NCBI GenBank assembly: GCA_036867785.1
Contig: CP145417.1
Coordinates: 186,001-250,000, forward strand
DNA length: 64,000 bases
Direction of reading: 5' to 3'
DNA from: Plasmodiophora brassicae
Lineage: Eukaryota
A program made the translations under genes and the position numbers. The notes below the pieces were generated by a model. That model was not told where the DNA came from, searched no databases, and saw only the letters and a program-made list of their open reading frames with translations. Numbering within the stretch: position 1 is the first letter of the stretch; each line of letters opens with the position of its first letter. Below are positions 25,113-36,318 of the stretch, piece after piece.

Positions 25113-26796
25113 TCAGGATCTGGTGGTACCGAGCTCTCTTTCGAGCGCTTCTTCATCCGCTTGAAGCTGCGCTTTGAGTTCATCATCAACGGGCGTCTGC
25201 CAAACACAGTGTCACCGACGAGGCAACAATGGCATCGAACCAGATGACCCCACCTTGGCGGCTTGGTCGATGGATCGCAGCAGGTCGTCGTCGTCACCTT
25301 CATTCAAGCCAAAGTCGCCAAGCTTCATATCGGGTGGCGCTGCGGTTGCACCCGCATCGCCGGCGTCATTCTTGACAGGTTCCACATTGGCAGCGGAATC
25401 ACTAAAACGGCGACGGCGGTCAAACTCTGCTACGATCATCGTGTTACAATCTCTGAACACACCTGGCCGGTTCAACCGGTTTGGCCGCGGCTTCCTTCAG
25501 GCCGAAGAATTCGGCGTCGTACTTGATGGGTTCCGATTTGGGAGCCGCAGCATCCGATGGGCTGGACGGCGTCGGGTTCAGCCCCAGGAAGTCCAGGTCA
25601 ATGACCGTCGATTGGCGCGATGGCTTGGCATTGGTTGACCCGGCAGATGGGGCAGCACTCGCTGCGGGTGCTGATGCCTGTTGTGCCGGAGCCGCAGCGG
25701 TCTGGTTGGTCACAGGCGCCGACGTCGTTGCTGTGGTATTAGTGGACGTCATTCCCAGCTCCGCTTCAGATGCGGCAAGCGCTGCGGCGATTGGGTCCAA
25801 ATCAGGTTGTGCTGGAGCGCCACCAGACGGCGATGCCGCAGATCGGCCTGCATTCGACAGGATTTCATGTACAGACGCCGGCGTTGTGGCTCCACGATCC
25901 GCCATGCCTTCGTCATAGTTCGACATGACGAAGTCTCCCTCTGACTTGTACTGCGCGTCTTCCTTGACAAACACTGCCAACACAAGTCAGGAGGCCAATC
26001 AACGAAAGCGATCCCGAGATGGACGAACGGGTGCGGCCATCGAACATGATCTCGTTCAGGGCGCTAATCGCCGCCATTGCGTCTGCCCTGCGTGCGAAAA
26101 GAACCTTCGCCATACCCATGTTCTGGCTATTGCGTTGAAACATGTTCACGTTCAGGACCGTGCCGAAACTAGACGAGGGGCCCCGTTAGAATCCAGTCAC
26201 GATCGAAGGACGCGGCACGGTCCGACCTCGAGAAGGCCGCTTTGACTTGGTCGACGCCGGTCGAGAAGCTCATGTTGCTGACGAAGACCTGCGTGCCCAG
26301 CCCTGTACGTATAGCCCGTTCGGCTTGCAGCTGGTTGGATCCAAACCCACCGGCCGACGACACCTGGACCGCCTGCCCGTTCAGCATGCTTCCGTGACGT
26401 CGGTGCTCATCCAGCGCCTTCTCGGCCTCCTCGTACGATGAGAACTTGACAACGGCTGTCCTTGCAAACGTTCCTGCGCGAAACACTGTGTGAGGTGGCG
26501 CCGCGGCAGGACCGGACGCGAACACCGAACGCACCGTTGGGGTTGTAGTGCATGGCAACCGATCGGATTTTGGCACCGTTCTTCGACATGAGATGATGGA
26601 TCTCGTTGGCTTGCGTGCCCGGCGTTAAATCGTACAGGAACAGGTCCTTGCTGCCGAGACGCGTCGTGGATCGGATCGTAGGCTGCTCGCTGGACAGCAA
26701 CGACGCCGCCGCGGACGACGCGGTCGCCCCGGCTTCGGGCATGGTCGCCGCCGCCGCCGCCGCCGCATTGGACAGGAACCGACGTAGAGCCAGCAT
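25113..26796 (-). CDS. Two-RRM RNA-binding protein with probable mitochondrial presequence, multi-exon
   Basis: MLALRRFLS leader; LFLYDL...AVVKFSSYEEAEKAL and VFVSNMSFST...AKVLFARRADAMAAISALNEIMFDGR; spliced C-terminus ends ...ELGTTRS*. Confidence 0.75.
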
Positions 26797-27147
26797 CGGT
26801 TGTTTGACGGTCGCCGTGCAGCAAGCAACGCTTACGGCAATGCCCCCCGCAGTGGGCCCGGCGGCGGCGGCTACAGCTCGCAGTCCGTGACATGGTCGGC
26901 GTCTCAGCGATGACGTGGGGAACCTGAACCGTCCCATCTCCTACACAGTCCCACAGGCCGTCCCTCGTATTACCTGCCGCCATTGCATTCCTTGGCCTGG
27001 TTCGTTTCGCGGGTCGGATACGCACTACAGCGAGTCAATCACTGACCTGTCCGGGACGGTTCGCGCATGTCCAGCGGATGTATGATTTCGCGGACGATTA
27101 GCTATACGGGTCGACCTCGCCCCCCTCGCGCAGTCCTCGTTTTAGCG

Positions 27148-28026
27148 ATGGCCGCCGATATTGTCGATCGGGAGTTCGCTGGTGAGTTGCAGCGGTTCTC
27201 GAAGGAGGACTGCTGCGACGTGTGCAGGGAGGTCGATGGCGAGCTCGTCTACTGCTCGTCGTGTGAAGGTAGAGGCAGCCGGCAATGCCTGCGCGTTGCA
27301 CCATAGCTGATGGGCGTGCAGTGGCCGTGCATTCGCATTGCTATGGGGCGCCGCTATCCGTTGCCATTCCAGAAGGGGACTGGATCTGTCTGTTGTGCTG
27401 GACCGCCGTAACGTCGGCCTGCTGATCGGTGTTCAGGTGACGGGTGCACGTGGGGCCAGACGGTCTGTGCGTTATGCCCCCGAATGGGTGGCGCGATGAA
27501 GCGGACCACCGATGTACGGCGCGCCACAGCGGTATGAATCGATGCGCATGATCTGACGGGGCTGGTCGCAGTGGCGCTGGGCCCATATCGGTTGCGCTAT
27601 CTGGGTTCCCGAAGTGTATTTCCGGTTCGCCGATCGATGTACGTACGCGTGCCTGACGCTCACATCTCTGCATGGGTAAATGCGCTGACTGACGCTCATC
27701 AGGCGACGCTCTGGACCTCATGCAAATCCCGGCGAATCGGTACACGATGGAGTGCTTCGTCTGCAAGACGAAACGCGGCGCTGCTTTCAAGTGTTCCGAT
27801 CCCGTATCGTGCCCCGCTCATTCGCGCCGTGTACGTCGTCGTCGTGCCTCTAACAACTATTGTGTGGCAGAGCTGCTCACAAACGTTTCATGTGCCCTGC
27901 GCCATGGTACGTGGCGTCACGTTCGAGTACAAGGAGGTCAGCGGCGCACCTGACCTTGTGTATGCCTATTGCTGCAAGAAGAAGGGGACGTCGGCGAGGT
28001 CGTCGTCATCTTCGAAGTTTAAATGA
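27148..28026 (+). CDS. PHD finger + extended PHD (PZP-type) zinc-finger protein, multi-exon
   Basis: CDVC...LVYCSSC..VAVHSHCYG...GDWICLLC; CALCP..GGAMKRT; WAHIGCAIWVPEV; CFVC...C...FHVPCA. Confidence 0.8.
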
Positions 28027-28361
28027 AGTGTCGCGCAATGCTGCTCGCTCCTTGGTCATAGCGTTTCGGTGGCCTCTGTCGGTTCTACCAATTGCCGACA
28101 AACCACGTACAACGGCCGATATCGCGAGGCAGGCGTAGACGCGCAGATCATTGCAACCTATGAAGGTCGAATCGGGAATCCATGAAAGCGGAGACAGCAC
28201 GCCATGTATGCAGGCCCACTAGCAATTGTAGCCATCGCCAGGCAGGCAGCCGTCATGCGAGCAATTTCCCGTCAGGCGCCGCCTACAAACACGATAGATA
28301 CACATTGCTACAGACAAGAGCGAACACCGTCTTCGTTAATATAGTTCTGCACGACGAATCA

Positions 28362-29732
28362 CTACAACCCGTCCAGGTCGAGATCATCGACGCCGTCCCC
28401 AGCGAGGATCTCCGCCTTTCTGCGTCCGATCCTCAGGCCACGCCACAAGCCGAACGCAGCGAGGAAGGCCAGCACGACGAACAGCAGGACGAGCCAGACC
28501 GTCAGCGGGACGCCATAGCGGGCCGGCGGGGGCACCGGTTCCGGTTCCTCGATCAGGCACTGGTACTCGCCGACATCGACGTAGAACACTTTCTCGATGG
28601 TGCACCGGCGGAACGAGTCGATGCAGAACCCGGGTTCGGCCGGGTTGTGCGCGTTCTCACATTCGCAGGTGCAGGCCGCGTAATCGTAGGTGCCCCGGGC
28701 ACAGCCGCCGTTCGGCGGGAAGCAGTCCGACGTCGTGCTCGAGCGCCCGCCGCACTCGAACAGTTCGTGCACGTGCCGCTTGTCCTTGGGCGTCGTCATG
28801 AACGACACCAGCTGGGCGTTCGTCACGACCCAGACGTCGTCGAACTCGAGGATATGCCCCAGGAACTTGCTGAGCGCCGCCATGTTGTCGTCGCTGTTCA
28901 GCAGCGCCGTCGACGATAACGGGATGGAGACGGGCGCCCTGTTCCCGTAGTACGACGCGCCAAAGTTGTACGATAGGACGGCGAGCCAGTCGTCGTTGCT
29001 GAAGACCTCCTCGCCGGGCGCCGATGCGGCCGTCACGTTCGGCGCCGGGCGATTGTGCCGATCGCGAAGCTCCCAGACGGGGATCTCGACGACGCCCGGG
29101 TGCCGCTCCCTGGCGTCGCACATCACGGCCGGGTCGTCGCAATCCTGGGCGATGCCGTTCGCCATGGAGTACGGCCAGAGGCGCCGGCTCGGGTCCGCGC
29201 TCACCTCCTTGATGCTGTGGTCGTACACGAACCCGTGGTCGGCCAGGATGGATCGCGTCCCGATCGCGTTGCTCCATTTCGGGGCCCGGTACCCGACGAT
29301 CGCCGATACGGGGATGCTGGCCGTCGACACCAGCCACGACTTGGCGTCGGCGATCTGTTTGTCGATGTGGCCGCCCTCGGCGGCGGCGGATACGGCGATC
29401 TCAAAGTACCGGTTGAACGCGTTGCGAATCATGGACGGGTCGCTGCGCGCCGATCGCATGTACCAGGTGACAGGGATGTCGCACCCGTTCAGGTTCTGGT
29501 GCTTCGTGGTCAGGTCGACAATGCGGCGGAACATGTCCTCGGTGACGATCTCGTCCATGTACAGGACGACTAGCTGCGGTGTCTCGTTGACGTCAAGGCC
29601 GCCCGGCGGGTCGGCCGACGGGCACACACAGTCGGGGACGCGGCACGTCTCTGGGCACGAATACTCGGCGGCGCTGGCCAGCAACAACAGGCACGCCAGG
29701 GCGATTACAGCGCGGACGTTGACGATCTTCAT
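28362..29732 (-). CDS. CE4 polysaccharide/chitin deacetylase-like type I membrane protein
   Basis: Signal peptide; CRVPDCVCPSADPPGGL..NETPQLVVL, GYRAP, FVYDHS, LWPYSM, YYGNRAP, DVWVVTNAQLV; Cys-rich EGF-like segment; C-terminal TM helix. Confidence 0.85.
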   Translation of the reverse strand: MKIVNVRAVIALACLLLLASAAEYSCPETCRVPDCVCPSADPPGGLDVNETPQLVVLYMDEIVTEDMFRRIVDLTTKHQNLNGCDIPVTWYMRSARSDPSMIRNAFNRYFEIAVSAAAEGGHIDKQIADAKSWLVSTASIPVSAIVGYRAPKWSNAIGTRSILADHGFVYDHSIKEVSADPSRRLWPYSMANGIAQDCDDPAVMCDARERHPGVVEIPVWELRDRHNRPAPNVTAASAPGEEVFSNDDWLAVLSYNFGASYYGNRAPVSIPLSSTALLNSDDNMAALSKFLGHILEFDDVWVVTNAQLVSFMTTPKDKRHVHELFECGGRSSTTSDCFPPNGGCARGTYDYAACTCECENAHNPAEPGFCIDSFRRCTIEKVFYVDVGEYQCLIEEPEPVPPPARYGVPLTVWLVLLFVVLAFLAAFGLWRGLRIGRRKAEILAGDGVDDLDLDGL

Positions 29733-30103
29733 GCCACGTTCTTGGTCGGCATTGTCCGCAACGTTACTCAATGGCCCAGATACTGCTTTCGGTAAGCTCC
29801 CCGACCCCGGACCGTCGTCAGTTGAGTCACGGGCGTGACTCCTAAAATCGGGCGCGCTGTATGCCACACACACACGCGCGCGCACAGAGACCCACACAAC
29901 GATGAGATGGCCGGACCCGTGATCATGATGATTGGGTAGACACAACCCAAGGAACAACCTGGGTGGCTACGGCGAACCTGGTAAGAGCAATCGTAAAGCC
30001 CGCAACGGGGAACCAGGGGGAGGCCCGCTGATGACGGAGCGATCGGCAACGGAGTCCGTGGCACGGCGGCAGTTAACGGTGGGAGGCGTGGCGCCCCGAG
30101 GCC

Positions 30104-30450
30104 ATGAGCGAACTCGAGGCGTGGCTGGAGTCGGTGGTCAGCGTCATCACGAACGACGGGCGGAACATCGTCGGCAGGTTGAAGGGGTTCGACCAGTGCA
30201 TTAATATCGTGCTCGAGGAGTGCCATGAGCGGGTCTACTCGACGACGGCCGGCGTCGAACAGGTTGTCCTTGGCCTGTACGTCATCCGCGGCGACAACAT
30301 GTAAGGCGACGAAACGATAGCGCCGCGAACGTGAATCGCTCACGACCCTTCCTCTGTAGATCGATTGTCGGAGAAGTCGAGCTCGACGTTGATGCGAAGC
30401 TAGACTTGTCCACGATCCGGGCACCTCCACTAAAACCGATTGTCCACTAA
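30104..30450 (+). CDS. LSM8: U6 snRNA-associated Sm-like protein LSm8 (intron 30301-30359)
   Basis: VSVITNDGRNIVGRLKGFDQCIN...HERVYS..GVEQVVLGLYVIRGDN|ISIVGE...IRAPPLKPIVH*. Confidence 0.93.
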
Positions 30451-30548
30451 AGTAAATTGTCTTTGAATACGGCAACGTTCTAGACCGTTCTGCACCGAAC
30501 GCTGACGTTCGTCAGAAATGGCGCGACCCCGCGCGTGCACGTCCTGAC

Positions 30549-31822
30549 ATGGTGTCGCCGTGCCATCCGCCGCGCCCGTTCCTGTCGGCGGCCACGGGCG
30601 GGTTCGCCCTGCCGACCGTGTCCCAGCGCATGCCCCGGATCGTCGCCGACTGCATCGCCGACTGTCCCGCGCTTCGTGCGCCCCTGTCCGCCCTCATCGA
30701 CGACCTCGCCGACGCGACTCGGCCACTACGCCCGATCGCGGACGACGCCGACGGTGACGCCGTCCAGTGGAACGCCGCGCTGAACGATTTCTTCCCGGGC
30801 GCCACTTTCCACACGGCATCGTGGCTCTTCGTCGAGTGCTACATGTACCGGAGAATTCGCGAGGCGCAGCTGCATGCGGGACATCCCGACCCGTTCCGCG
30901 CCCGGAAGCAGAACGTGGTCGTCGAGCACCGGGAGCGCGTCGCGCGTATTCTGGCCGACCGCGACGACCCGCATGACGACGACCTCAGGCAGCTGCTGAC
31001 GGCGTCGCTGTGGGGCAATGCTGTCGACTTGAGCCTGGCGGCCGGCATGGCCGCCGATGACCGGCACGCGCTCCTGCATGGCCCCAACGGCGGCATTGTC
31101 GTCGACGACCGCGACAGCGTCTGCGATTACATCCGGGGCCGTATGGCGCGAGGCGCCGTCGTGGACATCGTTCTGGACAATAGCGGTACGTCCGGGTTGC
31201 GTTCTCCTCGGGCGATCCTTCGTGACCTTACCGTCCTCCTGTCCCAGGGTTGGAGTTGCTGTGCGATTTGCGTCTGGCCGACTACCTGATTCGTAACGCC
31301 CATGCGGGACGAGTCGTTCTGCATTGCAAGACGATCCCGTGGTTCGTGTCTGACGCGACTGTAGAGGACGTCGACTGGTTGCTGGAGCAGGTTGCCGAGA
31401 CGGCGCCCGGGAAGCGCTGGCGGTCGTACCTGAAATCGGGCGTGTGGACGCTCCAGACTCATCCGTTCTGGTGCACATGGTGGTCGCATCATCACATTCA
31501 CGATGCCGCCCCTGACCTCTGGGAGCAACTCCGGGCGTCGTCGCTGGTCATATTCAAAGGCGACCTGAACTATCGCAAGTTAGTCTACGACTGCGCCTGG
31601 GACCCTGACACGCCGTTCAGCACGGCGATCGGCCCGCTGTGGGCCCTGTCAGGGCCGCCCATTGTCGCCCTTCGCACCAACAAGTCGGACCCCTGCGTTG
31701 GTTTGAAAGCCGGGCAGGCAACCGCCCTCGACGCTGACGAACCCGATTGGCGGTGCAGCGGCAAGCACGCCGTCGTGCACTTCTGGAGCCCCCGATGCCA
31801 GCCAACGTGCCCCGGTGAATAG
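30549..31822 (+). CDS. ARMT1: DUF89/ARMT1-like damage-control phosphatase (intron 31186-31247)
   Basis: WLFVECYMYRRI, DPFRARK, SLWGNAVDLS, VDIVLDNSG.EL..DL, KTIPWFVSD, IFKGDLNYRKL, LRTNKSD. Confidence 0.9.
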
Positions 31823-31964
31823 ACCAAAGAGCAAGCGCACCGTCAACGACAACGTCTGCATCGCTTCGTGTATATTTTATGAAGACATATATCTGAAATG
31901 CTCGAACCCGTCAATGGGTTCCGGGTCACGGGTGGATCCGATGCATAAGCGAAAACGGGGCCGT

Positions 31965-34043
31965 TCATGTACTGGCGACAACGCCGTCTCGAAGCGGCCG
32001 GCTTCCAGGTTTGAACCCGCGCGTACCATCCGGGCCCTGCGCCATTCTTGTGATCTGGCGGACGCGGTTCGGGTTCGACATCGACGTTCTCGGCTGCATG
32101 GTCAGCTGCGTGTCCTGCTTGCCGTCGGGACCCTCGTCGCTGACGGGCGCCTCCTTCGTGCGCTCGATGAGACGCGCCACCCGCTGCCCACGCCGGATGT
32201 TCAACGTCAGATTGTTGATCAGGACCTCGTCGCCCACGTGCAGCGTCACGCCGTTGCTGACATCTTTGGCCAGCCACCCGACGGTTTCCTCGGTCGGGCC
32301 ACCAACCAACCGGATCGTCCCGCCGGTGCCATAGACGCCGTCGACAACGCCCTTCTTCGGCACCAACCTGACCAGCGACAGCCGGGACGCGTTCGCCGAC
32401 GTTGGCGCCGCCAGGCTGAAGGCGAACTCGACTTCATCGCCAACGCGGACCGAGGTCGATTGCACGAGCAGGTCGTGAGGGCCGAACGCGAACGTGTCTG
32501 TCGACGCGGCTGACCCGGCCTTGGCAACACTCTCGGGCAGCAGTTGGATGGCGCCCATGACGACGTCGTTGGGCGTGCCCGACGAAGGCGACGCAGCGTT
32601 CGTGTCGCTGCGACCCCAGACCGGCTGCGACGATCGGCTGCCGGGTTCGGCAGTGACCACGCCACGAAGATCGGTCGTGTTGAACTTGACGGTGCTACGC
32701 GGGAGAATGACCAGACGGGACGCGCTGACCTGGTCGTTGCCGACGAGAACGTTGAACTCGACTTCGTCGCCGATCGCCACCGTGTGCGTCTGGTCGATGA
32801 CCTCGCTGAAGTGGAAGAAGAGCGGGTCCGGGCGCTTCTCGCACTTGATGAACCCGTACTGGTTCTTCAGGACATTGATGACACCGCGTTCACGTCCGAG
32901 GGGGGCCGGCGTCACCAGGACGACGCTGGTCGCCGACGGGCGCCTCGTGCGCCCGTTCGTCGATATCCGGAACTCGACCTCGTCGCCGGGCAGGATGTCG
33001 AACCTGGGGTCGGCCAGGTCCGTCCCGGTGAACGACAACGCGCGGGCAACGTTGCCGAGCGGCGATGACACGCGGGAGATCGGCGCCGACTGCGCCTTCT
33101 CGTCGTCGTCGTTGGCCAGGAAGTCGACAACGCCGACATCGGTCGAGATCGACCGCCGGGCCTTGACGGCAGCGGGCCCCTTGGCAACCATAACGCCCTG
33201 CGACACGACGCCCCGCCGGGTCGTCTGCTCGACCTCGTTCGCTTTCAGCGTGCCTGGCTCGAGGACGACCAGTCGGGTGGCGTGCAGCTGGCCCTTCTTG
33301 TTCGTGCCGACGTTGAACTCGACTTCGGCGCCGGGGTGGACGCCGACGGACGGGTTGACGAGCTCGGAGAAGTGGAAGAACATCTGCTTGTGGTCCCGAT
33401 CGAAACAGCGGATGAACCCGTACGAGTCCTTGACGCTGATGACGACGCCCGTTTCCCTCGGGACGCCGCCGGCCACGACGCCGTTCCCGCCGCCTCCGGG
33501 CTGGACGCAGCGGATGCTGGTGGCCCCCTGCCGCCCGCTGCGCTTCTCGGTGAACAGTTTGAAGTCGACGACGTCGCCGACGGCGAGCTGCGACGACGCC
33601 GAGTACTGGCCGTCGTCGACGTCGCGTCCGCTGAACTCCAGGAGCACGTACTCGTCGTTGGACGGGTTGTGCACGCCGGGAACGTCGACGGCGCGCGCCT
33701 TGACGCGCCCGCCGAATGGTTCCGTGGTGGGCGTGGCCCCGGCCGGCAGTTGAAGTTCGCGTTCGATGACGCCCCGGGAGACGGTGTCGGCGACCTCCTC
33801 GAAGACGACGGTGCCGGGCGGCAGGATGAGGACCTGGACGGCGGACAGGCGGCCGCTCTCCGGATCCGAGCGAATGGCGAACGACACCTCGTCGCCGCGG
33901 TCGATCTCATGGTCCGGCGAGGCGTTGACGAGCGACGAGAAATGGAAGAACAGCTTGTCCTCGCGTTCCGCGCATCGGATGAAGCCGTACGCGTCCTTGA
34001 CGGCGACGACGACGCCGGTCTCGCGGACGGCGCTACTGGCCAT
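31965..34043 (-). CDS. CSDE1: Cold-shock domain protein CSDE1/UNR-like, intronless
   Basis: Repeated RETGVV..VKD.YGFI.C.....LFFHFS CSDs; C-terminal SUZ-C-like RMAQGPDGTRGF. Confidence 0.88.
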   Translation of the reverse strand: MASSAVRETGVVVAVKDAYGFIRCAEREDKLFFHFSSLVNASPDHEIDRGDEVSFAIRSDPESGRLSAVQVLILPPGTVVFEEVADTVSRGVIERELQLPAGATPTTEPFGGRVKARAVDVPGVHNPSNDEYVLLEFSGRDVDDGQYSASSQLAVGDVVDFKLFTEKRSGRQGATSIRCVQPGGGGNGVVAGGVPRETGVVISVKDSYGFIRCFDRDHKQMFFHFSELVNPSVGVHPGAEVEFNVGTNKKGQLHATRLVVLEPGTLKANEVEQTTRRGVVSQGVMVAKGPAAVKARRSISTDVGVVDFLANDDDEKAQSAPISRVSSPLGNVARALSFTGTDLADPRFDILPGDEVEFRISTNGRTRRPSATSVVLVTPAPLGRERGVINVLKNQYGFIKCEKRPDPLFFHFSEVIDQTHTVAIGDEVEFNVLVGNDQVSASRLVILPRSTVKFNTTDLRGVVTAEPGSRSSQPVWGRSDTNAASPSSGTPNDVVMGAIQLLPESVAKAGSAASTDTFAFGPHDLLVQSTSVRVGDEVEFAFSLAAPTSANASRLSLVRLVPKKGVVDGVYGTGGTIRLVGGPTEETVGWLAKDVSNGVTLHVGDEVLINNLTLNIRRGQRVARLIERTKEAPVSDEGPDGKQDTQLTMQPRTSMSNPNRVRQITRMAQGPDGTRGFKPGSRPLRDGVVAST

Positions 34044-34464
34044 GTGTTGCATGCGTCTGCGAAGTTGTGGGGTTATCGTGTGGGCGTGCGGGAGGACCGG
34101 GAGAGGCGCACGGATCGACGATCCGGACGTCGACGGCAGACGGGCGCCAACGACGACGCGGCGGCGGAGATGAAGTGACTGACGCACCGAATTTTATCCG
34201 CGGGCCACGGGCAACGCAGCCGCACGCCGCCGGCAGCTGCTGCACTCGGCCACCCACCCAAACCGCAAGTGCAGGGGCAACCGCCCTACGTAGGCGTTGC
34301 TGTCTTTAGGTGCACGGTGCTGTGTTCGGAAATCCGGTAGGACCATAGCGGACGCCCTCGTATGCGGGCGCACGTTCGTCGTCGGCCGGTGCATGTCAAC
34401 CCTGGGGGCATCAGCCACAGGTGCCGCAGTCGCCAAATGGTGCAGGGCGGGGACGGGTCCGGGG

Positions 34465-34734
34465 CCCATAGGAGGCGCCGTGCGGACAGGCGGTATATAG
34501 GGCCTGCCGGCGCACGACAGGCGGCAACCTTCTCGGCCTTTTGGCTAAGATCAAGTGTAGTATCTGTTCTAAGACTCGTGACAAAGTCTTCCGGTCTACA
34601 AGACCGTCTTGTCATGATTATTTTTACAGCCGGGGCGCTGGGCTCTGGCTTGCTATCCCAGCGCTCGTACGTGACCTCTGTATTGCAGTACAGCAGAGTG
34701 TCGCGGGCACCCCCCTCCAATAATTCAAATCGAA
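34465..34734. repeat. Dispersed ~270-bp repeat, copy 1
   Basis: Near-identical to 50566-50835 (cccataggaggcgcc...taattcaaatcgaa). Confidence 0.9.
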
Positions 34735-34754
34735 ATGATCAGACTGTGCGGTTA

Positions 34755-35625
34755 ACGATTGTGGCGCGAACGTCTTGGGCCACCCTAGCTCAAGTGAACA
34801 GCTTTCAGCGTTCCCATGTTGCTCGACACGAGTCGTTCGCTGCTGTCACAGCCCGCTCTGTTGTCAGGATTAGTGATGCGGGTATTTAAAATACATTTTA
34901 AAATACCTCCCGAATTCTGGGTCATTTTTTATATTTTAAATTTCCCAGCATGCAGAGCAGGCCCTAGGTGCCAGGCGACCATCACAGGGCATCTCGGGGT
35001 CGTAGACTCGTGGTACGTGGGTCCATAGTCCGTTCCAAGTTCGCGAGGCATGCAGTTTGCGTGCTTACGCTTGTAAGTGCCGAGTGTCGACCGACGCCGG
35101 AGCCCGGAGACGACGTAGTCCCGACGCCGATGGGTCGTACGTAAGCGCGGGTGCCCCCGAGATAGCATTCATGAGCAGTTCAAACGGATTCCGAAACCTG
35201 TCGGTTGCGCTTTGGATCAAGCAGAGTGCAATCAGTGATCCGACCGTGTCCCATACTCCAAGCAAACTATGGATCGTCATGCGAGTACAGGACTGACGAG
35301 CGCACCTTACCCATCGAACATTCTTGGTCAGTACCCGGGCAACTTCGACTTCGAGGAAGTTGTCAAATTAGAGAGAACGGTTAACCGGCCGCAACGAACG
35401 TGCCTGGAGTATACGTGCTGCTATCGGTGTCGCTATGTGCCGCTGTGTTGTGGTAATGGTATTTCTGAATAAAAAATATTCGAGTATATTTTAAAATGCA
35501 TTTTAAAATATTTTAAATATTCGAAATTCCCAAAATATTTTAAAATACAACACTAGTCAGGATACCCTCTGAAATGATGCTGCATACGAAGCAGGAGGTT
35601 ATTGCAGAACCTCTCACTCAGACAA
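34755..35625 (+). pseudogene. 5' fragment of a fourth PA-7TM gene, interrupted by a MITE
   Basis: 34789-34870 and 35556-35620 align with 36415-36555 of the intact copy, with small indels. Confidence 0.8.
34871..35555. mobile_element. Non-autonomous hAT-type MITE (685 bp)
   Basis: 8-bp TSD GTCAGGAT at 34863-34870 and 35556-35563; termini TAGTGATG / CAACACTA; subterminal ATTTTAAAAT repeats at both ends. Confidence 0.88.
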
Positions 35626-35899
35626 CCCCTTTACCGACTGTGGCCACAGCAGTTGAAGCGAGTCACTCGAGAAAGGACGCGTAACACGTATTGCTTTCGG
35701 TTCAGATCTATTATGTTTCTTCCAACTGACCTGTGATCACAGTACAGTGCACCTAAGTGGCAAGTTCATCGTCCTAAATCTGTAAATTATGATTGCTTCC
35801 AAGGTCGAAACTTGCAGCCATGGTTAACCATGTTCGCATCGTTTTCAACGACATGGGGATCCGCTTTGACGCCCAGACGAAGACGGATATGCCACATCG

Positions 35900-36130
35900 T
35901 TCGGCGGGATCGTTTCATCGACCCCAGCTTTCACGCCAGCCAACCCGGACATCAGGCTGACCGGAGACATGTCACGGCACACTGAACAGGACCGTCAACT
36001 GGCTGCCCGGGGCAATCAACGCATCAACTATCGTGCTGCCATCGGACACCTCACGTGGCTCACACACGCATGCCCTGGTATTGCGTATGCAGCCAGTGAA
36101 GTGTCACTGCCAGTAACCCCGACGCCCGTC
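35900..36130 (+). mobile_element. Ty1/Copia reverse transcriptase remnant
   Basis: NYRAAIGHLTWLTHACPGIAYAASEVS resembles Copia YRxxVGxLxYL..TRPDIAYAV..LS. Confidence 0.55.
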
Positions 36131-36318
36131 AACAGCGTCATACATGTACAACGCTGCTCGTTACCTCCTGCACTTCTCGCCCTGACCTTTTCGTATGTTA
36201 ATGGCTACTCATGATGAGTTCGTCAACTGCAAAGCCCCCTGAGAGCGCTCGCACGTAATCTTGATATTCGCGAGTACGACGGCCGATCCAGAGTACATCG
36301 GCGACTAAGAATTCCAAT

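Noticed and set aside
32494-34178. Long + strand ORFs antisense to CSDE1 (likewise 28966-29838, 39430-40767, 48153-49151, 53330-54076)
   Set aside because: Shadow ORFs expected from high third-position GC on the coding strand; no motifs.
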